Source: Chrysomallon squamiferum
Lineage: Eukaryota > Animalia > Mollusca
DNA: 64,000 bases
Assembly (NCBI GenBank): GCA_012295275.1
Contig: CM022666.1
Location: forward strand, 13,702,001-13,766,000
Direction: 5' to 3'
The position numbers were made by a program, and so were the translations under genes. The notes under the pieces were generated by a model. That model saw nothing but the letters and a program-made list of their open reading frames with translations. It made no database searches and was not told the origin of the DNA. This document shows positions 42,265 to 63,060 of this stretch, one piece after another (positions within the stretch are counted from its first letter, which is position 1; the number at the start of each line of letters is the position of its first letter).

Positions 42265-45182
42265 AAGACACATGTACATCTTTCTGCAGACGCAAATCAA
42301 GGATATCTCTAGTTCATTTACGTTTCTATTTTACAAGATACATGTACTGGAATACATTTTAAAGCCCGTTGTTGATTGCTAATCGATACTTCTATGCCTT
42401 TTTTTTTTTTTTTTTTTTTTCATCTGATTAATTTGATATACAAGAAACAGCTCACAAAAGACTCGGAGTTACTTTCAAATTCCAAGAAGAAAGGGAGACG
42501 ACCCGTTAAATTAAATTATTCTTGATGAAAAAAAGAGAGAAATAAATAGAATCTTCTAGAAGCTAACTGTGATGTGCCTCTTTGCTTGTCTTCTGCTTCG
42601 TTTTTCTTCATTTTCTTCTATTTTATTTCTTTTTAACGTTAATTAAACATTATCGATTTTTGTCTCCTTTGTTGCAGACGACAAACGTTGTGTGTAAACA
42701 GCCTTCTTTTAAAGTAATGTCTTTGAAAATGGTTTATTTCAAGAAAGAATGTTTGCCCACGTTAGATGATGTATCTACAATGCGAGTGAAATTTGATTAT
42801 GTAAAGATAGCAGGATTAAAAAAAAGGAATAATAATAATAAAAGAAAATATCAAAGAATATAAATGAACAAAAGAAGAAGAAGAAGAAAAAAAAAAAAAT
42901 TCGAAAGTATTCGCAAACAACAAGATTACCAGTAGCTCTTACAAAAACGACAAAACAGAAAAATCTTTACCTAAGATATAAATTAGCTTTTTGTTCGACG
43001 TCGCAAGTTAAAACTCTTACGATCATCGACAAGCGTTCAATAATCGATGGCTGTCTTTGATTTCAGACAGTAAGCGATATTCTTTGATGAAAGCATTTCG
43101 CAGTACATTGATTACCTATGTGATCAGCGTGTGCTATACACTGCATTTCAATTTGCAGCCTAGTGTGCACTTTGAATACGAGAAAGATGTATCGAAAATA
43201 ACGTCGGATTACATTTGGATTCTGCTTTCTCTATTTCAAAGGTTTTACACTTGAATTGTTTAATGTCAGAAAGGTAACGATTATTCTGTAAGCAATTTTG
43301 TATAGCCACGGGATAATTGGAAATTTTGCAAGAACACGCGATACTAAATAAATGATTATAAGCCAATGTAATACCCATAAAGTTTCCGCTTAGGAGATTC
43401 AGTGACTTGATTATAATAATGGGATAAGGTAATTGTCGTAAGCTTCAGTGTAAATAATCGTAAGGAGAAAATCACTGGAGTCAGAATTACATCACACAAA
43501 TCCACTTCTAGGATGTATAGTTCCAGTAGAAGGTGATATCGGGATCAGTTAGATTTAAAATGTCAGTTTACTGCTGAACGATATAAATCATTTTATTCTC
43601 TTTTCATGGATGAAAGCTACTTTCTTTACTGTACTAATATAAAGATCAAACACGAGTGAATGCACGCTGGTAAGATGAAAATGAGAAATAAACACTGGTT
43701 GATTTAACAAGTCAAAGTCGTCTTAGACAGTTTTATTTCATATCTGATGAACAACAAATCGCATTCAGTAAAAACCTCTGATGATAGTGCATAGATTCTG
43801 ATCACCTAAAGTACTTTGCTTATTTTACATTCAAAAGAAAACCGGTTACCCTTGTTTAATGCGTCGTATGAAATAAATGACAGAAAAAACCAGGCTGTCT
43901 CCTTTATTCCAATATAAAACTTCGTCCCTACGACGTCATCACCTCCGGGGTCATCGATCTTCGCCCTGCAGACGATAGTCGGCCCTTCAGCGTTACAAAA
44001 GAAATGACCATTCTTCACGGAATATACGAGGTTACGAATATTAATAACCTCCCCTTACTAGCCTCTCGCATGAAAGAGTCGGATTGTGGTCGATGCTAAC
44101 AGCGTTTGACAAGTTTATTACACGAAACTGATTATCATTGGACAAACCAGGAAATCTCAGTGAACCCGACAACGCTCTCTTGAGTTATGTTCAGATCTTT
44201 GTGGAGAAGATCTCGGATATTTGGTAAAATTATTGACCACCCTCTCTCTCTATTTCTCTCTGTTTCTCGTTCTGGGACCAGGCCACGGGTCAGTGACAAA
44301 GATATCGCTAGGGGCAATACACGTCATGTGATTAATCCAATGTGACCGAAATAAAGTCCACTTTTTGGTTACGTCTTGAGTTTTGTTGCTGAGCCCTTAA
44401 GCTAAATGTTAGAAGACGTTATTCTGTGTGTAATATCATAAAGCTACATCTAGATACAAGATCGTAGATATAATTTAAAATAATAAACTGAAGTGCACGA
44501 CCTTTAAATCTTTCGCTGAGACATGGACATAATAATTGAAAGTGATGTAACATCAATAAAGCATAATTACTCATTTTTCATAGACAAACGATAAACTCAA
44601 GTTTTTAAAATAACTTACAATCAGATGCACGTAGCTCATGCTATTTTGCATTAAATGATAATTGTGGGAATAATTCATTCTAAATACCAAAAAAAAAAAA
44701 AAAACAGATTTTCAGAGAGATTATAGATAAGACATGTAAAAGATGGAACGGGAAGATATAACTCAGTGACAGGGAGATTTCCAGTTCGATTCACATCAAA
44801 TCGTTTACTCAGTTCACTGCGCTTCACTCTGTTACTTCTGTATTAAATGCCGAGCTTATGAACCTACGTATTATAATTTATATAAACTATTTTATATTAC
44901 TGTTGTATGTCTATTCTGTGTTTATATTTTATACTTTTATACAAGGCATATATTACAGGCTGTATTAAGTCTTTGAAAAAAATAAAATGGTGGATGAAAA
45001 GTGGATAATAGATGCGGTTTAATTCTAAGGCTGTTATAATTTCTTCTAAGTGAAAATACCTATTAATAATTCATTCGGTAATATATTTTGTTTGTAAATG
45101 TTTAACGTTTGTGAAAAATAACATATAATTATAAAAATATAAAAATAATTTAAAATATAATAATAATAATAATAACAACAAC

Positions 45183-45235
<53 letters not shown>

Positions 45236-45804
45236 TGATAATGATAATGATAAAGCCTAGGTTCGCTTTAGGTGTGAAGGTTTTAAAAAGAAAACGAGAG
45301 AAAGAACGACAGGAAAAAAGAATCAATTAATTATTCGTTATATTTTAATTGTTAAATCTATTATTTATTTATTTATTTATTTTATTATTTAAACTGGACT
45401 CCAAATGCCCTTCGCATAAAATACCATGTGTCCAACTCCTAATTGTCAACAGTCTAATAGAATACCAGGGTTTCTTGAAAATATTTATTATGATTATTTC
45501 TAAATAGTTTTTGAATTTTAATAATAATAATATGAAGAAAAAGAAGAAGAAAAAGAAGAAGAAAGAAAGAAAGAAAGAAAGAAAATTGTTCATCGTAAGC
45601 ACGGTGATATTTCACGTCAACTCTCGATCAATACCTGTCATTTTTTCTTTTTGTTTAAAAATATTTAGCGGAAAATAATGATGTATTATACAAGGATTAT
45701 TTCCCTTGCCAAATCTTCTTATTTCACAGAAACCAAATAAATGTCATTAATAAATATTTATTAGGGGCAGAGGTTTATTTGACAAGAAGGGATACTGAAA
45801 AACC

Positions 45805-46545
45805 ATGCCTGGTATCAGCCATATTTTAAAGGGCATACTAAGATATAAAAAAATTGATCAAGTGTTTCTGGTAGAACAGTTCAAAAGTATAAGAGAAAAT
45901 CCGGAGGTGAGTATACGGTTTTAAATTTTTTCGTCTTATGGTTTAGTTTAGCAGACGGATTGTGATATGTAGTAAGGGAGATAACTACATGTTTTCATTT
46001 CGTACAAGGTTAATAAATTCTTGTGTATTTAATTATATTTAAATTTATAAACCATTTAGTTTTATATATATATTGAAAATGTAGACTTGTAAATTTCATT
46101 GTAATGAATAGTAAAATTATAAGGGAGAGAGGTAATAAAAAATCAAAAATTATTTCTAAAAATATTAATATGGTACACATGACAGAAAAGACAGTGTAGG
46201 TTAAGTTAGTGCTACTGTACCTGCCTTGAGAAGTGTTAGTTAAAGGTTCATTTCACCTTGACGAGCCCATACTATTATTACTGACTACAAGGTCAAAGCA
46301 TGTCATGACCTCTCTGTTGAAAATATTATGTAGAAGATCTGCAGAATGAATTGGTTGGGGCAGCCTTTAGGGTTTTGACACCAGGTTCGTTCTCTCAAAA
46401 CATTATTATAAAAATGTCTTTAATATGTAAATAATATTACATTTAAAATTACATGTATATAAGGTATTCATCCAAGGTCCATATGCCTGTATTCAGCAGT
46501 ATTATGCATTTGTATTAATGTTGTTTGTGTGCATGTAATATATAT

Positions 46546-46621
<76 letters not shown>

Positions 46622-47441
46622 CACATTCTATAATTAATAACAATATTATCAAAAAGTTTAAAATGGTTAAAAAAAAAAAAAAATTGTTTTCAAAGTAATA
46701 TGGATTTTTTTCTCTCTCACATTTTCAGCCCATGGCTGTGTTTTTCACGTGCATTGACAGCAGAATGTTGGCATCAAGATTCACAAACAGTCAAGTTGGT
46801 GAGACATTTTTTGTCCGGAATGCAGGCAACATGGTCCCAGATTCAAGTATCACTGCCAACGAAGTGGGCAGTTCGACTGAGCCAGGTGCTCTGGAGTTAG
46901 GCTGCATCATAAACAACATCAGACATGTTGTAGTCTGTGGGCATTCAGATTGTAAGGTATTTTAATATTTACCTTATTCATTTAGAAAAAGAAAATCTGT
47001 AAATGTTTATCTTAGTGACTTTTTCTATAGCTGTGTATATGTTTAAATATAGTCCTATATATTTTGCTTACCAAGTATATATGTATACATGGATTTTTGT
47101 CAATGTGTATGTTTAATATTAACATTTATGTGCATATCTCTTTGTAACAAATATGATTTTATTTACTATAACACAGTAATTTATTGACATACATCAAATC
47201 CAAAAAATTTAAATTACTTTATTAAAACAGATAAGTAACAGCTTTAGTAATCTATTTATAAATTTAATCACGTAACATATATTCATCCATAGTCCAGTTG
47301 CTTGGCCAGTGTGGATTTGGAAAACAATAGAAACCAATTACTTACCATGATACTGAATAATTATTAATGAATATTGGTTACACATGTACTTTATCTGATG
47401 TACTTGATTATTGATTGTGGTTAAACATATAAAAATAATTA

Positions 47442-47503
<62 letters not shown>

Positions 47504-48831
47504 GTGATAATAGTGATAATGATAATGTCACATTTGAGATATCTAAGTACATGCCTGCCAGTATTTGTAAAATAAAGAATTCAAGCTGCAAATCTCAGAC
47601 AGCATCATTTTGTTTTAATTATAAAGAAAAGACTCCAAGCAGCAAATCTTAAACCATCATTTGTATTTGTGTTTGCTTGTTTCAGGCGATGAACTTGCTT
47701 TACGGAATGAAAGAAGATTTGTGTAAGAATGAGCTGTGTTCTCACTCACCACTCAGAGCCTGGCTACAGAAGCATGGCATTTCGACAGTGGAGAAATTTT
47801 CTAAATTAAACCCAGAAAACAAGTTCTCAGGGCCTCTGCTGTTTCAGGCAGAGACTGAAGAGAACACCTTTGAAGCTTACATTGATCCTGAGGATAAATT
47901 TTCATTACAGGACAAGTTATCACAGGTAGCTGATTACCCAGTTTGTAGTTCATAAATATTTGTAAATATTTAAAAAAAAAAATAATAATAATAATAAAAA
48001 CAAAATAATAAATAAATAAATAAATAAATAAATAAAATTAATAAACATCAGAAAAATTCTTCATCAAAATGACAAATTTTCAAAAAGAATCCAATTTTCC
48101 ACATCTGCAGTTCTTTTGACCTGAAAATGGGTTTGGGCAGAGATTACATAAAACAGATGTTAAGCTCAATAAACACACTTCTATCTGGTACTTGGATACA
48201 ATTAACAGATAATCTGGATGGGTCCTATAGTATTTTCTACCTTTTTTCTTGTCCCAGTTTAACTTTGAATTGAAAGGTTGACAGCCATTTGCTGTAACAC
48301 ATACTTGTGCACATGCACATACAAAACCCACACTTCTTTTTCTTATCATAATATTTATTTGTATATAGATAGATAGGTAGGTAAGTAGATATATATTTAT
48401 GTATGTCAGTGTGTAGGTATGTTTGTATGTCTGTCTGTATGGGTATGTATACATATAAATATATGTCTGTATGCATGTTCTTAGGTAGGCAGATAGGTAT
48501 GTAGGTAGTTCTGTGGTGGATATATACTTCTGTAAGTATGAATTAAGTAGGTAAGATGGTAGATAGGTAGGGTATGTTTGTATATATATATGTATACATT
48601 ATATATTTTTTCCAGGTAAACTGCTTACAACAACTTCAGCATATTGCCAGTTACCCGTTCCTGAAAGAGAAGCTGATGAAAAACGAGGTTCGACTTCATG
48701 CCATGTTTTTTGACATTTACTCAGGCAATGTGTACATGTTCAGCAGGAAGGAAAAGAAATTCATCGAAATATGTAAAGAAAATTATCAGGCTCTTCTTGA
48801 AGATGCAGACAGTCACCCAGAAGAGGAATAA
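45805..48831 (+). CDS. Beta-class carbonic anhydrase (invertebrate type, probably mitochondrial), 261 aa, 4 coding exons
   Basis: Exons 45805-45906 (MPGISHILKGILRYKK...RENPE|GTGAGT), 46729-46956, 47686-47925 and 48616-48831 (TAA). All introns are GT-AG and phase 0. Zinc-binding beta-CA motifs CxDxR (FFTCIDSRML) and HxxC (VVVCGHSDCKAM) are present, plus VRNAGNMVP, EPGALELGC and DKLSQVNCLQQLQHIASY. Confidence 0.95.
46190..46440 (+). mobile_element. Highly degenerate SINE fragment in beta-CA intron 1
   Basis: Loosely colinear blocks with the other copies (GTGTAGGTTAAGT head, AAGGTCAAAGCATGTCATGACCTCTCTGTTG, AGAAGATC, CAGGTTCGTTCTCTC). The by-eye similarity is weak. Confidence 0.3.
46549..46620. 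repeat. (CA)n microsatellite in beta-CA intron 1
   Basis: Read directly. Confidence 0.95.
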
Positions 48832-48834
48832 GCC

Positions 48835-49620
48835 AGGACCATTTCAAAACCAGGCTGTTTAGCACCTTTATTGGTTAGTTTAAATTTGATTTTCAACAAG
48901 ACCAGTTTTGGAAAACCATTACGTTATTGATTTCCAGCACCATTTTGTTATTCAGTTAGGCCATTTTTATATCTGATTGTCTAGGAGGTCTTGTTAAAAC
49001 CATTTTCTTACTGATTTATTGTTTTCTTATAAATGTAAAACTATTTTGCTATTGGTTTTTCCAAGCTATTTGATATTCAAGATAACCTTTTTATTATTGA
49101 CTTCGAGCACCGATTTTCTATTGAATTTTTAGACTAGGTTACGGTATATTGTTTTTCACACTTAAGCCTTTTTGTTCACATTTTTACCACTTATGTTTCA
49201 TTTTGACAATCTTTTGAAACCATTTTATTATGACTTCAAGCACTATTTTGCTATTGAGTTTCAAGACCATTTGTTGACTTCCATGTTCACTTTTCTTTGC
49301 TACCGGCCCATTTTACAATTAGTTTTCAACAAAAACCCTTTATAAAAATAAAAATAAAAACAAACATACAAAAAAACATTTTATTATGAACTTTCAAAGC
49401 ACTATTTTGTAACTGACTTCCCGAACATTTGGTGAGTTTCATATTTAATTAGTATGCGACTTCTTGTGCACCTCTATGCTCTTCAGTTTTTGGTTTTCAA
49501 GGATAACATTTTTAAACCATACTTTTCTTAACTTCCAAAACAGTAGTGTTATTGACATTTAAGGACATTGTATATCTGATTTTCAAGGTCATTTGAGTTT
49601 GAATGTCAGCTGGTAAAACC
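48835..49620. repeat. Old degenerate tandem repeat (~25-bp motif ACCATTTT..TATTGA(C/T)TTC(C/A)AG) directly downstream of the beta-CA stop codon
   Basis: Recurrent variants, e.g. AAACCATTACGTTATTGATTTCCAGCACCATTTTGTTA (48914), AACCTTTTTATTATTGACTTCGAGCACCGATTTTCTA (49084), AAACCATTTTATTATGACTTCAAGCACTATTTTGCTA (49217) and AAACATTTTATTATGAACTTTCAAAGCACTATTTTGTA (49374). Confidence 0.7.
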
Positions 49621-51300
49621 AGAAAAAAAGACATTTTTTTGTGTCTTTGTTGAAACTACCTCTTGGTGTATTTTAATCACAGTTGCTAAGAAATTGACAA
49701 AAGAGATCATACCAGTGATATTTCCTGCAATTTAAGAAATTAAGTCAAATTTGTTATTTATTTATTTTTTTTGTTGTTTTTTTTATTCTACATCTATTAA
49801 TGTCAGTGTAAAACAGTTTAACAGACAAGTACTGTGAATTTCAAAATGAAAACAGTTTTCTGCTGGCAGTCCATTAAAAGATTTTCCAGAAGAGTTTATG
49901 CAGGTTTTTGTTTTGCACAGTGAAATTAGGAATAATCATTATTTTAAAATTAGACACTAGTTGAATTGTGGTGCTCAATTTAGAAACCTCATTTTGAATG
50001 GATATTTTCAGTTGTGTTTATTATTGTGTTTTTGATTGTCTTAAATCAGTATTTAAGTACAGCAATATTTTTTATATGTATGCGCTATGGTGTTCTATAC
50101 TTTTATATTTAGAAAAATATTTTGAAATATATATTTTGTATACAAATTATACTTTGTCTGTTTAAACAGTGCTTAAATGTATGAACTGTGATTATGTGTT
50201 TCAGTTGATATATTTTTTTATAAGTCATTGCAATTTTGTTTATTTCAATTTATCAACATAGTTTTGGCCTATTGTGTATTCATTTGTGACAGTCTATGGA
50301 ACATTGTTTGTTAATACTGTATACTGATGAATTTATTAGCAATATTTGAATGTGGTCAGTATTGTATTAATTGTTATATCAACTAAAACCCAAAGATATT
50401 GAATTATAATAGATTAAACAGCATAGTAATCCCTAATTAAACTTTTGTTTAATTGTTATTAATATTATTCTTTAGCACTTTTTTTAAAAGTATTTATACT
50501 GTTTTTTGTGTGCAAATATGTTATTGATTTATATATCTATATTATTTTATAAGTATGTTTATTCTGATATTTATCACTTTGTTTTTGATTTGTGAAAGTA
50601 ATATCTCTCCGGTTATTATTATTATTAATAAAATATATTATTTAGAATAAAAATGTTCATATACATTTAAAATTGAATTTACATATTGAAAACAATTCAA
50701 AACTATTTTCTACTATATATTATTTAATTATTAAAATTGTGAATGTATTTTTGCTGTTATAATATCTATGCAGATCTTTATTTATATCAAGAATAAATAT
50801 TTTCACATATTAATTTTTCAGTCTGAAAATGATATGTTTTAAGAATCTTAATTAAAAACTCAGAAATATATTTATCCATTATTTAATAAAATTTCAAACA
50901 AATTTTACAAATGAATAATAAATAGAAACCAGAAAATACTTATGAAAAAAATTCCACAGATATATGTTAATATTAAAAAAAAACACACACACAAAAAAAA
51001 ACAACTTTATATTCAGTTCAACAGCATATTTTCTAAAATGCATAATTCTGAATGAAAAGATGATGATAATAATAATAATAATAATAAATAACAAAATTAC
51101 TAATTAGAAAAAGATATTTTATATCAGTTCAGTCATGTTATATAAATTTATAATTAAAATTTAAATCTTATCATAATTTTGTTGCTAATGTTTATTTGTC
51201 GCCTTGTAACAAACTGGATACACATCTGTTACCAACATTACTGCTCACTCTTTCACAAAGCTGATGAAAAATTTCGACAAAGAAGTAACCAGTCAAACTG

Positions 51301-58955
<7,655 letters not shown>

Positions 58956-59304
58956 ATGGTATGGTTTTGTTTCACCATAATATAATCAGTTATCATCGTA
59001 ACTCACTCGCTTATTATATAGTATTGTCACTATATATATCTTTATTAGGGGAATAATTAGTTTTCTAACTTTATCATGTTGAAAACAGTCCGATTTTCAT
59101 CATTTTGTCCTTTGAAGTTTGAGTCGATTAGTTTGAAATACAGTATCATCATCATGAGTATGAGTATCAACTATCATAGTATGAGTATGAGTATCATGAG
59201 TATATTATTAATAATAATATAGTTATATACTGTTTGATCAAATACAGACGTTCATGGCAGGAAACATTAAAGGCTTGACATATAATATATTAATTTATAG
59301 TGGC

Positions 59305-59355
<51 letters not shown>

Positions 59356-61306
59356 AAATAATAATAGTTATTATATATATATATTTATTTATATATTTAT
59401 TTAGTTGTTTTTTTTATATTTTTTTTATTATTATTTTTTAATTACTTATCTTTTTTGTCATAACGTGGTACCAGATACTACCATGAATTCAGGATTATGA
59501 TCATAATTATGATTGATTAATCATGTTGTGGTTAGACTACTTCTTATCTAATGTAATTATTATAACATTCTTTGTCTAAAAATTCATAACATTAACAGGT
59601 ACAGCCATTCTTACCATTTTACATTAAGCCTTATATGTTACATTTGTAAACTAGATGTAATTATAAATTTATGCCACTTTTGGATCTACTTTAGAAATAT
59701 TACTCATATATGATAGAAGAACTTGGAGTTCTACAGAATTTCTAGAAATATAATTCATGAAATACATTTTATTTATTTGTTAACACAAATATTTACATTT
59801 ACAGAGTTCAGGTTTGATTTTTGCTGGTCTTGGTCTTGCAGTGGTAGGATACACTGGTAAGTTTGAAATAAAATCAAGATATCAGGGACATAAAGAATAT
59901 ATATCCTTAAACTCTGTGTATAGATATTAATATTATTTAGCCTTCTTAAAAAATCTTTGTTCACTTAGCCAAACACACACACACACACACACACATGCAC
60001 ACACTCACATATGGTCTAAATATATAGGTACACGGTTGTTTACAGTGATGAGTGTTATAAAATTATTGTTATTTTATTAATGACTATTTATTTATTCTCT
60101 ATTTTACTTACTGTTTTTGGTAATATAGATGCTTACATTGTTAACTGATTATTTTTATTCCAGGTCGGTATATTTTAAAATATGGACGAGTTGCACAACA
60201 GACAATAAAAAAACAGCTGGATTCCTCTGGAGTAAGTTTGTCTTGATAAATGTTTACTATAATTACTCTCTTGTGTATTTTGATACACACATACCTAACA
60301 CAGTCATTAAACATATTAAAGAAGATGTATGACATTTCTGATAATAAATAATTAATATGTAAAAGAATCCACATATATATAGCGATGCAAATATTTTATT
60401 TGTTAACTGTTAAATAGAAGATAAAAGAAATAGAAAATACATAAAATAATATTTTATTTTAAAAACATTTCACACCATGACTTTGATAAGAATCTTATTG
60501 TAACAGTTTATAAACATTGACTAAAATATATTTAATAAGTTTGAATTCATTATAATTTTTATTATAATTAATGGTTATTTAATTATTTTTCAGGCTTTCA
60601 GTAAATACTACAAAGGAGGGTTTGATCCTAAAATGTCCAAAAGAGAAGCTGGTCTTATACTTGGTGTCAGGTGAACAGTAGATTTTTTTCTTTTCTTTTC
60701 CACTTTAATAATAATAATTATTATTATAACTATTATTTTAAATACTTCCAATCATAATATATGTGTCTGTTTTGCAAAGAAAAATTAGTTTTTCAACAAT
60801 GTATTTGAAAGTTTTTGAAACTTTTTTGATGTTGATTTTAACCAGATGAAGACTGTTTGCCTGTAATACTGATACATTAATTGACAGTTGTATATCATGT
60901 TCATCGAGAAATTGTTGCCTTTTTCTTTTCTTTATTATAATTATTATTATTATTTTTTTTATAAGCAAACATTAAGTTGTGACAAAGTCCAAAATATTTT
61001 TATTTATTATTAATCCACGTATGTTATAAAATTGCATGTAAGACTGAGTCATCAGCCTTCTACTGCTGACTTTATTATTATTATTATTATTATTACTATT
61101 ATTACTATTATTACTATTATTATTATTATTTTATTTTATTATTGTTTATTACATTTATAATAATCATTATTATTATTATCTGTTATATTTATTATTTATT
61201 ATAATCATTATTATTATTATTATCATTACCATCACCATCATCATTATATTTATTATTATTATTTTTATTATTATTGTTATATTTATCACTAATGTTTATG
61301 GTGGAT

Positions 61307-61341
<35 letters not shown>

Positions 61342-61953
61342 TCCTTTTCCTAACTTGTTAATCACATGAAAAAACAACAAAAAGAACCAAACAAACAAAA
61401 AAAAAGGAAATTTCATGAATGGAAGACACAAAGTAACTTCATCTTTGATATTTCTGTTGATAATGTTTTATCATTTTCAGTTATCTCTGAAACAGACTTC
61501 TTCATTGCGTGATTACTCATCTACTGGTTCTTAAAGTATTAACTTCGAAAACTGCTTTTCATTTCTTACAGCCCTTCTGTGAGCAAGGCCAAGCTAAAAG
61601 AAGCCCACAAGAGGATAATGCTATTAAATCACCCTGATCGAGGCGAGTTTAATCTGTGGATTATCCTCAAATCTTGTAGAGATTGAATGAAGAAAAGTGT
61701 AACAACGCTAGTTGAAAGAAAAAGTTCACACGCTTTTTAAAATATTCTGACAAAAATTATTTTATAAAAGCATTAAGAAATATGGTTTCAGTTTCATTCA
61801 TCTGAGGAAAGTTAAAGAAGACCTGAATAGTGTTTTAAGTATTTATATTTATGTTGTATGAAAATTTATTTCTGTTTTTGATGTTTTCAGACAATATGTA
61901 CGTAGAATGACAAAGGAATATATGTTTTATTAATATTTAATTGTTGTTATTAC

Positions 61954-62045
<92 letters not shown>

Positions 62046-62311
62046 GTTCTTGTTATTTTTTATTCTTAAGGATTTACATTTCTGTTTCTGATATCAGTGT
62101 TTTCAGATAATATGTACATAGACTGACATGTATTGTTTTCTGTTTTTAGTTCTTCTTAGTAATTATTTTTATTTATTTATTTATTTAATTTATTTTGTTA
62201 TATTTTATTTTATTTTATTTTATTATTCTATTCACAGGTGGCTCACCATACTTGGCTGCAAAAATCAATGAAGCGAAAGATTACCTGGATAATTCTAAAC
62301 CAGGAAGCTGA
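58956..62311 (+). CDS. DNAJC19: Mitochondrial import inner membrane translocase subunit TIM14 / Pam18 J-protein, 114 aa, 6 coding exons
   Basis: Exons 58956-58958 (ATG|GTATGG), 59805-59856 ([18 protein letters not shown]), 60164-60231, 60594-60670 ([26 protein letters not shown]), 61572-61642 ([24 protein letters not shown], donor GCGAGT) and 62238-62311 ([23 protein letters not shown]). The total is 345 nt in frame. It has a J-domain HPD motif and the Pam18 signature YYxGGFxxKMxKREA. It is absent from the ORF track because the exons are short. The ATG-only first coding exon is inferred. Confidence 0.93.
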
Positions 62312-63060
62312 AACTGGATTTACCTGTGTTTTACAAACAAAACTGAGCATAGACTTCTAAAACAAAAACAAAAACAACAACTTTTTAAATCTCCATAAAT
62401 CAAGGCACTAAAGTGAGAAACAGAAACTGTGATAGTGTGAATGTTCTGTGAAGTATTAAGCTGATTAACAGCAGTTTCAGGAGAACATGGCTTTTACAGG
62501 ATCCTAGTACTTTGGATGTGAAAATAAGATCTTTTATCTATATTTTTATTTTAGATTTTTTATTTTTTTTATTTTTTTTGATGTAGAATGTCCAGAGTAT
62601 ATTCTGAGGTGGATATTGAGTGAAATGGATGCTATAATGAGCAGTAAATAAAAATACATTTATTTATTAACTTGTTGTCATGAATTTTCTGAAGGTAAAA
62701 AAAAAATTCTTTTTTTTCTTCTTTTTTTTTTTAAAATAGATTGGTTGGAAAAGTAGAAAGAACTGAACATTGTTATTTTTATTATTTTTATTTACTTCCT
62801 AGTTTAAAAATACATGATCTGAAAAGTGCATCAGCAATGTAATAAATAAATAAATAAATAAAACAAAACAAATCAGATATTTAAAATGTAGTTAAACTTT
62901 GTATTTATTATTATTATTATTATTATTTTCTTTTTTAATTGTTTACTATAAAGAGCAGAAATATTATTTGTTACCGAATTTTAAAAGTCCTTTCAAACAT
63001 TTTACCCTTGTAATAGATAAGTAGATAAAAGATAGGTAGATATGTAAGCAGAGAAATATA

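Noticed and set aside
45805-48831. Beta-CA as bacterial contamination or a recent horizontal transfer
   Set aside because: It has three spliceosomal introns, host-type microsatellites and the typical invertebrate beta-CA sequence. It is a native gene.
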